This document shows positions 52,680 to 64,000 of a DNA stretch of 64,000 nucleotides, piece after piece (the stretch's first letter is position 1; each line of letters begins with the position of its first letter). The DNA lies in NCBI GenBank assembly GCA_028023455.1, contig JAQFVV010000010.1:124001-188000 (forward strand), written 5' to 3'. The DNA comes from Epiperipatus broadwayi (taxonomy: Eukaryota > Animalia > Onychophora). The position numbers were made by a program, and so were the translations under genes. The notes beneath the pieces were generated by a model, which was not told the origin of the DNA, made no database searches, and saw only the letters and a program-made list of their open reading frames with translations.

Positions 52680-55600
52680 GTAAACGTCTCCAACAAAATT
52701 AAAACCTGCCATAATCCTTTCTTTAAAATAACTTTAAAAACTTTTTCTGATATGTTTTTATATGACTATGTTAGATCAATATTCATAATCAACACAATTA
52801 ATTTATCATGTTTTATTATAAAATTAATTAACTTTTAAAACCAGAATTTTGTTTAACAAAATAAGTTATGTTATATAATCAAATGAAAACAATGAGAAAA
52901 TAAGTAAAAAGCCTAATTACTGTCTGTGTTTATATATATTTTTATTTAATAATACCTATAATTTATTTTAATTTAGTAATACTTATAATTTATTAAAGGA
53001 TTGTTTTTTAATTAAAATAAATATAAAAACTTGTAAAATTATTTAAAGACCAATTTTATGTGAGAATGCAAATTCATCAAAGAAATTAATAAAATATCTG
53101 AAACTCACATAAATGTTGGAATTTACTCTAGAGGTCAACAGAATGAGTCAACAGTTTTTGTCAATGTGATTCACAATTCTGAAGTATTGTAGCAAACAAA
53201 TGATGTTAACAGATGTTGGTGAATATGTTTAAAATTGCATGTCCGTGGAATGTTTTTTGGATCTTTTAAATACTATTTTGTTATTAATCATAACCAAACT
53301 ACTAATCACAGGACAGCATATCACTTTATTATCTTTCTGTTGGAAAAAAGATTATTTATTAATATATTTGCTCTTTTTTTAATATCTGTACTGATTATAA
53401 AGGGCTTATCATTCTACTTTATATAATTTAAGACCATGGGTATTGTATCAGCTATTCATTATTTTGTCAATCTGAATGTCTAAGACATTTTATCATATAT
53501 TTCTACAATCCAATAGTCATTACTACAAGCTGTATTAACTTCTTATATGAGAATCTATCCAGCTGTTTACATAAGATGTTTTTACATCCTCAATATTAAA
53601 CTGGTAGAGATCTTTTTAGTTTCAAAAAAACTCCTAAATTTTTTATTTTTAATTAAGCTATTTCTAAGTCTTTACATTTATCTGTTCCTGAATCATTGAC
53701 AAAGATGTTTTTATCATTACAGGACTGTAACAAATATTAATATAGTTGCTTAGAGACATTCGATTAAAATTTGATTATCTTAATTTTTTTATATACATTA
53801 GAAAAAAGGTTTCTGAAAAATATTAGTACATGTTTTATGTTCTGTTGCTTCAACCATTTTTTTCACTTTTAGATGTGAATATTTCATGGTCTATTAGGAT
53901 AATTATAGGTATTATGAAAAATAGATATAATTTTAAAGTGCAAATGACACTTTTTGCATCAGCTTTTCTGAAAGAATTTTCTAAACTATACTTTGAAAAA
54001 ACATCACATGATTCCAGTAGATAATAAAGTCCTTTGTATATAGTCACAGATTCATTAAATTATAATGCCAGTAATTAATTTGATGAGCTGGAAAGAATAG
54101 ACTAAATGAAATCCTGTATAATCTGCTAGATGACTATGCAGTTTGTCATAACTAATTCATTGCTAATATATATTACAGGCTACAGAATATATACATTTCA
54201 TATTTCTAGAAACAATGGACATATTTAATTAATTTTTTAAAATCTGATGACACCAAAATTCTACATCCATCTTTTTAATTATTGTTGTTATACTTTAAAA
54301 TTTATTTTGATAAATGATGTATACTTCAAATGTGTTAAACAATATACCATCAGGGATAACATTTCAATTAAGTACAATATTGTATGTAAGATGGTAATTG
54401 TCTTTCTTTTGGGTATTTAGATTTTTCCAAGTCATTTTTTATGAATTCGTCAGTGGTTAATGCACATATTGCTAAATACTTATTATCTTCTATTCATTAT
54501 TTTGTAATAAAATTTGTATTGCATGATGGTTGAAAAAAAAATCTGTCACAACATTATTCTTTTTTGAGTAAAATTTTACATTATAGTTGGATTCTTGGAT
54601 AAACCACCTATAAAAATTAATTTCTATTATTTATATAAATGTAGATTACAATTTTTTCTTCTCATCTCTATAGATAAGGAAATTACATTAATATAATGAT
54701 GAAAGCAACGTAGTTAACAACAAGGATGAGGGTCACATGACCATCCCTACAATCAGGATCTAAGTGTACTATAGAAACTTCACAAACATAAATTGTCATT
54801 GGATATCATGTTTTATGTAGTCTTGTAGATAAATGACAGTGCTAATCTTCAGTCTCTCTCATGTATAATCCTAAGCTTTGATATGAGTCTTTTATGGGGG
54901 TTATTGCTGGTGGGATTGTAGGTCAGCATACATCTAATAGACCAATAAGTGAAAAGTAAAAAGGTTGAGATCTTAATAGAAAAAAACTCACTGTTGGAAA
55001 TAGTGGAAATGAAGCTAACTTACTTATATAGATGGAGACTATCAAGTCCCTGAAACATTGCAGTGAGGAACGATAGCAAAAATTGTGTTGCTGTCATCAT
55101 CCCTATCACATGGGAGCAGACTTGGTCTAATCATGAGAAACCCCTAAGGGTGACCAGAAAATGGCATGTAGAAAGAGCTTTTAATTTATTTTAATTAAAA
55201 GTCTAAATATTTCAGTTCCAAATGGCAGTGCTTGAATTTTTTAATAATGGAATGATTGGAGGATAGGAGGGAAGACATGGAGGAGTATCATTATTATTAA
55301 GATAATATGCCTCTCAATAATTAATTTTTTGAGAATTTGATTGAGTAGATAATATGGTAAATTTTGACATGTACCCTAATATGGATGAAACCCAACTCTT
55401 CTCAGGAGGTGGAAGGGTGTCAGTCAAGTTAACAGCAGTGAAGTATAATGCTTCAGGGAACTGATTAATTAATTTTAGGATGGTATTACAGGAACACTGA
55501 AATTGAAAAGACTTAATGAAGTGAAGTGACAGTCCATTGAATTTTGAATGGTTCTGGATGTTTTCTCAGGCTGGTGGCCACAGTCTTACCCTTCCTGAAA

Positions 55601-56754
55601 CCTTGAGCATAGGGAATTTATTTTTCTAATAAAACTTTTAAGTGAAGTTGATAAATGGCATGAAATAAGAAATCCTTGGGAACACTAGGATATTAAGCAG
55701 TGGGGTTTTTGCAAATAAGGACATATTAGACTTTTGATAATGAGGTTGTGATCTTGTAATAGAGAGGAGAAGTGATTCCTGGATGGTTTTCCTCATTGCC
55801 AAGGGGGAGTTGAAGATTGGAAAACCCCAAAAAATTTTGGGGTTTGGCAGAAAATGGAGAGATGATTGTGTTCCCAGAGAATAACTTATATGCTGATCCA
55901 TGTTGAAAGTCAACCCAGACTCTGAGGAAAAGGTCCACAGTATCTTAATAAGTTTGGGAATCAACTTTTGGGAGGGGAGAAAAACATTTTCAGGTCATCC
56001 ATGGAAGAGATATGGGGGATTGATTTGTTAAAGGCAAGTATGTATACCTGAGGAAAGTCCTGCTCAATTTTTAGTAATGGATTGAATGTAAATTACAAAC
56101 AGTAGAATACTTAGCAGAGAGCCCTGTGGTATGGAATTTGTAAGAGTGAAAGAGGAGAAATCCTCCCATTTAGGGTAATGGAAATATTCCTATTGTTGTG
56201 AAGATTTCCAATAATATTTAAGATGCCAGATGGTATATCAAACTCAGCAAGTAGGTTAAGGAAGCAACAGGTCTGAAATGAATCAAAGGCTCTCACAATG
56301 ACCAGTTGGATGACCACTGGCTTGGAATTTCTAGCTGATCTAATGTATTCAACTATCATTTTAAATAAAGTAATGGCCCTTTTGGTGAACTAATACTGAG
56401 AAATAAATGGTAGGATCTTATCCTGAATCTTATCCTTAACTATTGATTCAATAATCTCGATCATCAATGGTGCCATGGAGATAAGCCTACAGTTCTCAAG
56501 CAGAGATGGTACTATGCTTTGTTTTAAAAAAATGCACCATCCCTATGGGTTACATGCCATCAGTGTCAAGATATTTAGTTGAGATGAGGTTAACCATCCC
56601 ATGAATGATTAGAACTGTAAATCTTTCAATGTGAAGCAGGATGAATCATGGAATAACATGGAGACCTGGATGTAATTTGTCAGGTATAGGTTTTAACCTT
56701 TTGAGCACTGATTATTTTATTGGCTGAGTGAGGTAAAAGTCTAAACTTTTAATT

Positions 56755-57417
56755 GGTCAATTCACAAACTCAACAGTCAAATGGTCAAAATATATTCATC
56801 TTTTGATATTATATTCACTTTAGTTTCATTTGTAAAAAGTATATTAATAATTTGTCAGGTTATGAAAGAGGATGAAAGTTTTTCAAAAATAAATTTTTAT
56901 TTATAATTATAAAAATATTCGATAGCGGCAAATCTAAAATGAATGTTACTCACCAACCAAAAAGTTTTGCTGATGTCAGTGATTTCTTTCCCAATTTTAC
57001 GTTGCGGATAAGTAAATAATTTTTGCTAAAGACTTAACTATTTTTCTAAAATAATTTTATTTTTAGCATATTTTATCAAAATAATTTATAATTTGTCAAA
57101 AAATACTTTTAAAATGGTCTAAAACATTAGTTTATCATTTTTGAAATGAAACAAAAGAAATAAAAATTATTGACAACCATTTTCTTTGTTGTTCAAATTT
57201 AACAGCCAATCAGATTCAAAAATGGGCAGCGCTCTTCCTTTGTTAGACCTTCAATGTCAAATTTATTGATTTTTTACTTGTAAAATAATTCAAGAGAGGG
57301 CAGCATCTTACGGAACTTTTTATAACCTTTCAAATGATGGTAAAATCTTTATTGTAGTGTTAAAAATGACGGTATTCAAACGACTTGAAGCTGCTTCGAG
57401 TCATCTCATAAAATTCC
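56755..57417. mobile_element. 663-bp insertion in ORF2 with GG...CC ends and a 3-bp ATT duplication (Harbinger/Zator-like?)
   Basis: L1-like ORF2 reads ISEKDISF on one side and LDFYLTQPI on the other. The insert is richer in CpG and has AGCCAATCAG. TIR similarity is poor. Confidence 0.45.
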
Positions 57418-59879
57418 ATTGAAAGATATGTCTTTTTCTGAGATGTTATGATTTAATGTTGTTGATTCATTGAAAAAATTATGATTTGTCTCACATGTGC
57501 TATTTGTTAGCTTAGCTTTGAAGAAGTGGAAAATTTGGTTGATTATATTATTGCCAGAGTAGAGGTTATTTACAGTTTTAATAGAATGAGTATTTAATTT
57601 GTCTTTGTGGCCCAGGGCCTCTCTAATATAGCCCCTAGACCAATTGTGTGGCTGGCTTAGGAAGATAAACTTTTTGGTGGATAGATAATTGGCAATGACT
57701 TGTTGAGTGTTCTTGTATTGTTGTTTGAGATTTATGATCCTATTAAAGAAGGGACTGCAGGCATGTGTTTCAGCATGTTGTTGATGGAATCTATTTTTTG
57801 AAGGAATTATCTTGGACCATTATTTCTTGCTGTATGGAATAAAATGATTGTTAAGGATATTGATGAAGGTGAATCATGCCCCTGCTGGATGAAGAATAAT
57901 CAATTTTTCTAAAAAATATGTAGGTCTCTGAGAGTATTGCCTCTGGAGATGAGGCTTTAAGTAGAATACTGGTGATAAACTTCAAGTGCTCACTGTGCAA
58001 AGGGAACAGATCTATTGATAAGTTAATTACCAGTGCAAGGTGGTCAGAAAATGGAATAAGTTGATGGAAAAGGTCAATGATAAAATGAAGATCAGGGGAG
58101 TAGTATATCAGATCGATGAGGGTTGGGTATTGTCTAGTATAAAAGGAGAAGGCATTGATGGGGAAGAAAACCTGCACACACATGTCAAGTATTTATCAGG
58201 TGAATATACTTGGAATTAAAATGGTAATAAAAAGTGTTAAAATCCCACAATGTTATTTTAGGGTAAGAGTTATTTTTAAGTATTAAATTAATATGATGAA
58301 TTAATGAGTTAATTAACAGCATGTCACTTTTTAAATAAACAAAGATAACATTTAGTTTTAGGGATTGATGAAATAAGGTTGCAATTAGAAGAAATTGATT
58401 CATAAAATTTATTCTAAATAATTTAAATGGGGAATTATTAGGAATAAGAAGGGGTACACCTGAAGAGGGGTGGGTCAAAATAAAATGATAGAACAAGCCA
58501 CATTTGTTGAATTTAATTTATATTTCTAGGTTTGAAGTTGTATGTGATTTTGTTTGGCAAAGCATGTAATATGTGGTGAGGTATTGATTTATTCAGTTTG
58601 AAATTGCATTGATTTTTTTGGTTGAGTTTAAGCCACGCACATTAAAACCCACTGTCTTAAGTTTCATGTGGTCAAAGTTGGAGAGGATAACAAACCACCA
58701 TTAGATTTAAGTAAAGCAATATGAAGGTAGTTGGGGATCAGAGGTCTGAGTAACTGATAATGCATTTTTTCCTTGCTGACTTGGTATGGATTTTGGAATC
58801 TTTGCCATCAACCGTGTGACTAGCACCACTAATGTGAGGTTTTCCAGCAGACCCTGCTTGTTCAAATTTATGCTGCTTTGATGAGACAATTTTTTTGCAT
58901 TGATTCCAGGGAGTCATCTATGTCCTTATCAGCTCAGATGAGCTTTTGTTAGACCCATCAGACTTCTGGATATGTTCGTTGTTCCAAGAATTGCTGCTAT
59001 CTTGATTAGCTCTTTTTGATTTCCTTTTACTTTTTATAAGATTGGTGGGGAGGGCTAAAGTGATAGTAGAGTTAGACTTGGGAAATGTGATACTGCTTCT
59101 TAAAGAGTGTGAAGAAGCATTGGCCACCAGAAGTTTATCATTATTGGTAGGTACAGAAGGTTTAAGTGGTATGGGACTGATGAGATTTTTTGAAGTATTA
59201 TTCATGGGAGAGGAAAAGTGTGTGCTGCTTGGAGTGTTAATCATCCACAATTGTGTAGCCCTGTCTTTTTCATGTTATGAAATTGACATATCCTATAAGG
59301 GCAGTCTTTAACAAGATGTGTCCACAATTTGCAATAAAAACATTGTGGCAAAATACCTCGAAAGGATATAATTAGCAGAGCAGATTCTGCAAAGTGCATA
59401 GTGGGAATGAAAGTTTGGGTTATCTCTTTAATCAATGTGATTGGTGAAAGTAGCTGTATTGGTCAGGACCTGTGTTTCAGCTCTTCTTTTCAAAAGCTAG
59501 CAAAAATTTGACACAGCCCCAAATGGTTTGAGCAGCTGCTGAAGATCAACTTCATTAAACCTAATGTAACAATTGCAAATTTGGTCACTAAGGATTGTTT
59601 GGCCTATTCATGTTGATCACATATAAAACCTTGTTATCCACAAATTTAATTGAATTCTGGAAGATTTGCTTTCTAGATGAATCATGAAACTCAACAATGA
59701 AGTATCTACTATTTGGATGATTTAAAAGCTTAAATACATGATTCTATAATTTCTTCCTTGTAAGATGATTTCAAAACTCTTCTAAAGGGAAATTAAACAA
59801 ATCACAATTCAGGTTTGTCACTGCAAGAATTAAAGTTTTATCACTACCATAATTTAGAAAAAGATCTATGAAATTGTGA

Positions 59880-60002
59880 GGGAATTGTGGCATTGAACCT
59901 GCAGGCTAAATTATTTAAAGCTTGTTGATCCAAACTTAAAAGGGATTGTGGCATTAAACCTGTGGGCTAAATTATTTAAAGCTTGTTTATCTAAACTTAA
60001 AA
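59880..60002. repeat. ~61-bp tandem duplication inside ORF1
   Basis: ggg.attgtggcatt.aacctg..ggctaaattatttaaagcttgtt.atc.aaacttaaaa occurs twice. Confidence 0.9.
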
Positions 60003-60829
60003 GTGTATCTCAATCTTTTCAGAATCAGCTTGGGAAGTTCATGCTATTTCATTATCATACATATTTAAAATGTCTTTTTCATTTTGATGATCCATCATAG
60101 CAAGTGCTGGACCTGTTGGTTTCCCTTTGTAGAGAGCCAGCATATGATGCATTACCAGAGAAATTATAGTTAGGTAAAGTTTGAAAGGGAAGAGAGTCTG
60201 TATTCGTAGGATCCTCACCATTGGAACTATTATGTTTGATATTAACATTGACTGGATAATTTTTTATTAATGTTATTAAAAACGTTATTAAATTTTTTTA
60301 ACGTTATTTACTTCCAATGCAGGAAATTCCTCTATTGGAATGATCAATGTTCTCATCCATACAGTTAGCTTTAATTGGTGTTTTTCTATGTCTAAGTTGA
60401 GATTCTAATGGATTACAAGATTTTTTAATGTTACTCATTTCTAATGAAGGAAATTAATTCCTCAGTTGAAACAATCCTCTCTGTGTCATCAATTTTTTCT
60501 ATTTCTTTATAAAAATTGGGAATAAGGTTCCTAGTAGGTTGCGTTTTACTTATCTCAATGTTTTTATTCCTAAGATTAGCTTTGACTGGTGTTTTTCCAT
60601 GTTCAATTTGATAATTAAGAGATTTCTTAGTCATGCAAATGGCTGCTTGTTCTAGTACAGTAAAATCTATAGGACAATTAATATCACTGCTGAATCCCTC
60701 TTCCAGATTGAAAGAAGACATCACCCCAGAAGAAAGAATGGTTTTTATCAAAAAATTATTTTTGTTTTTGAATGAAAAAAACACTTGTATAAGATAAAAT
60801 TTTTACCAAAGTTAGCACTAGAAAAGCAG

Positions 60830-61620
60830 AATACTGATCAGGACTCTACCCTCTAGCATGTAGTTTACAATTTAAGACTTCTATGATCAATAATAATTAT
60901 CACTTGTAAATCTATTAAGAACTGTCAAATTTTTTAGATCATCCAAACTATAATCAGGACTTCATTTTCAGTAACTGTTTAATCAATCACACAATCTTTC
61001 AATATTTTATCAAGGATGCATAGACTTTATATCGGTCATTTTTTTGCTTCTGAAATAATTTGACTTATAGTTATTACTATTTGGCTTAATGTAAACAATT
61101 GTATTAAATCATGGTAAACTAATACAATTTTTAAACTTGTGTTTAAAATCTTTTTTTTTTGTTGTTGATCAGCCCATTTCTATTGAAATTCTTTTCTCAA
61201 CAAATTTTTAGAGATTTTACATCAGCCACAAAATTTCTGCAAAACTTTTGAGAAAAGTGAAACACCTAAGGAAGATCATATTTGTTTTATTTTCTAAGGA
61301 TTTGAAAAACCTTAAATACATACAACTGTAAAAGAATGCAAGACATCTCATAAATTAACTTCTTTTGTAATTAGTTTTCCACAGATTTTGTTTCAATTTT
61401 TTGGGGGAACATTATTCAAAAAATAATTTCAAAATGGCATGTACAGTATAATTCTGAAAATCTAAAGCAATGATATCATCTCCATGCAGATTTATAATGT
61501 TTTTAATTTGTGATGAAAATGATTGATCCAAATATTACAATAGAGGAGGTCCACTATTAATTAGACCAAAAAGCATTCTCCTAAAAGAGGTAAAATATTC
61601 TTGGTATCTAAAAGTTGTAT
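60830..61620 (-). mobile_element. Decayed Ty3/Gypsy RT-RNaseH remnant
   Basis: RRMLFGLINSG, LHGDDII and TVTENEVLIIVW...IIDHRSL correspond to RMPFGL.NA, Y.DDI and the RNaseH E.E.LA.VW...TDH motifs. Confidence 0.6.
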
Positions 61621-63004
61621 ATATTTTTGATCATTAGAATTTAAGGCTATTTTCCAATAACTCAAAGAGCTAATGAATTAATGAACATTTCACTCAGGTA
61701 GAAATCTTATTAAGATGCTTAAATATATCCTGATTATGATCGTTGCATTGTTATAAGGATTAACATTTTGCAATGATTAGAAGTTTGAATGAAAATTTCA
61801 GAAAGAAAGATAATAGCAAATGTAAATTAAGAGTTGAAGAGAATGTAGAAAGACCAATGGCTCTCTAAGCAAGAAATAGTTTCAATCAGTTGATAAAATA
61901 GCATTAGATGCTAATAAAAAAGAAATAAAGATAAAATTAAGAGACAATAAAGGTTACAAGTGATTCTTGGAGAATGAAAATGCTGAAAGAAAAATTAATA
62001 AAACTGGAAAAAAGTGGGTTTAATGAAGGAGCAAATATAATGATGGGAATGTTAATGGACTAGAAGAGATATTAAAGATAGTGATTCACCAATTATAGAA
62101 ACAGTGACAAAGGATGCAGTATAGCTTAGTAAATATATTTTATTTGTATTCACCTTTTTTGAGATGATATGGAGTTAATATCTCATTGAACATTCAGACA
62201 GCTGAATTAATTTTTTTCCACCTAACCTACTAAAAAAAAAGGCAAGAATTATGATAGCATGCAATTGTTTATATAAAGAAACTAAGGACTTAAGGAGCTT
62301 GCTGTTTGAAACATTTATTACTTATGGAACTATTGTTAGATAGTTTTCAAGAATAGAAATTACAAGATGAGATGAAATACCAATTGCAATCGGAGGAATT
62401 TATAAGAAATTAAACTCAATTTTTTTCAATGGAAGATATCCAGTTGAGGACACCAACATCATTATTTCCCCAGTCAGTTCTGTTCAATTAAACAAGTAAC
62501 AAGATGCCAATAATATGAAATAGTTTAGCTGTTGAATGCTCTTAATATCAATGAAATACAGTCTGGAAAGATATGAAAGCATGAAATAAAGAAAATGGAA
62601 GAGATGGAAAAAAAAATCAACAGAATGGTCAGTTAATTATAAATATAATTGGTAATATATGAAATAATAGAACAAACAGAATTGTTGTCATAATCTAATC
62701 CTATATAATAAACTTCCAAATAATGTAATCCCATAAAGAGATATCTAGATCAATTTATCAACTACTGATACAAATATTACAAAGCAGGGAAATATAAAAA
62801 GCCATCTGGAAAACAAAAAGTTAATTTGAAAATTTCTCACAATGAGGCTAGAAATTAATGACAGGAACATGAAATTGAGCATATACATTGTCATGTCAAG
62901 ATTCGATAATATTACATATAAATCTTTAAATTCAATAGAATGTTTCTGAAGATTAGCAATATCAACTATAAACATTGTTTTTTTTTAATAATTTTTGTCT
63001 CACT

Positions 63005-63420
63005 AGTTCTGCATTAACATGTATCTTACATCTTACTAATCAATGATCACTTCCTGTATTAAATTTATTAAGAACATTACAATCTTGAAATATATATTTT
63101 TTGTTAGTCAAAATATAATCCAATTCTGCCATATCTTCATTTGCATGCTTCCATGTCCATTTCCTTTTAACATTTTTCTCATAAAAAAATTCATAATATA
63201 AAGTTTTTATTTTTCTGCAAACTCCACAAGTCTATGTCCTCTCTCATTTCTATTACCATAACCAAAATTACCTATAGTACTTTCATTTGTTTATCAATTC
63301 TAGCATTAAAGACTCACATAACAATTTTAAAATGTTTACCCTGATCAAAGTCTTTTGTACATCCATATAAAAATCTTCTACTACTTCATCATTATGGGAA
63401 CTTGTTGGGACATAAACCTG
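63005..63420 (-). mobile_element. Internal endonuclease-region fragment of the RTE family
   Basis: The reverse complement aligns with 34650-35080. Confidence 0.9.
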
Positions 63421-63926
63421 ATCTAATGTCTTATAAAGATGTATATAATTTATTTATTTATTCTTTATTTGTGACAATTGTCATGTGAACAATTATAGTT
63501 TTGTGTAATCTATTTTTGATATTTTATTTTATAAAAGAGGATTTATGAAAATATTTATTCTTTGAATTATGGCAAAAATTTACAATCTTATTTCTGAATG
63601 TAGTCTCACAAAATATGTTTCCACATTCTATTTTTAATTTCATAATAATGAAAAATTTCAGTAACAATATAAGTTGCAATGCCATTTTTCAATCTGCTTG
63701 TTTTTTTTAATATCAGGATATAAACTAATTGATTATCTGAAAAAGTTCCATTGTGTAGCAAATATTTGTGGCAGTAGGCTGATGCTGGATGGTCTACATT
63801 TCTGGCTTTGGTTGTTGGGGCATCTTTTTGCAGTCTGCATACCATTCTTCTGTGGATTAAAAGCCATTGTTGCCTTTCTTCTGCCAGGCCTTTCAAGATC
63901 ACCTTGGCGTGAAATTATTCTACTGC

Positions 63927-64000
63927 TTTTAAAACAGAGGTAAAACTTTCCTTACAGTAGTGCTATCCAGTGAAAGCCAGAGTAATCAATAGATGTAAGA
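63927..64000 (-). repeat. Family-2 fragment running off the window
   Basis: aaaact.tcc.tacagtagtg...cagtg.aagccagagtaatcaat matches 47703-47756. Confidence 0.75.

Larger units (their letters stand above)
54900..60790 (-). mobile_element. Near full-length decayed L1/Tx1-clade non-LTR retrotransposon
   Basis: ORF1 has RRM-like DLQQLLKPFGAV and the CCHC knuckle CFYCKLWTHLVKDC. ORF2 begins KTVGFNVRGLN and includes WDFN, IDLIY..SDH, DKLHPGLHVIP, IVRAFDS and ESGLTFN. Confidence 0.8.

Noticed and set aside
61800-62600. Possible ancient LINE remnant
   Set aside because: Purine-rich and coding-like, but no diagnostic motif recovered.
63606-63943. Overlapping 98-aa and 89-aa ORFs
   Set aside because: Vague likeness to a BovB C-terminus only; no firm motif.

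Overview
Very AT-rich, CpG-poor eukaryotic (probably invertebrate) DNA dominated by decayed transposons, short satellite arrays and microsatellites. I found no intact long gene, rRNA, tRNA or CRISPR array. The firmest calls are: (1) a non-autonomous Gypsy-type LTR element (6711-15104) with unusually long ~3.1 kb LTRs around a 2.15 kb core holding a gag-like coiled coil followed by an integrase C-terminal remnant; (2) a full-length but dead RTE-clade LINE (33946-37140) plus two partial copies; (3) a near full-length decayed L1/Tx1-clade LINE on the minus strand (~54900-60790) interrupted by a ~660 bp insertion; (4) a 1.84 kb TIR element with an 8-bp TSD and internal tandem arrays (22233-24075); (5) Gypsy gag and RT/RNaseH remnants. 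The most unusual pattern is two unrelated ~400-485 bp repeat families. Each occurs as short arrays that flip orientation mid-array to form foldbacks, and one such block is bounded by a 10-bp direct repeat as if it moved as a unit. Scattered small exon-like segments on both strands hint at intron-rich host genes I cannot name. All alignments and identities were judged by eye.
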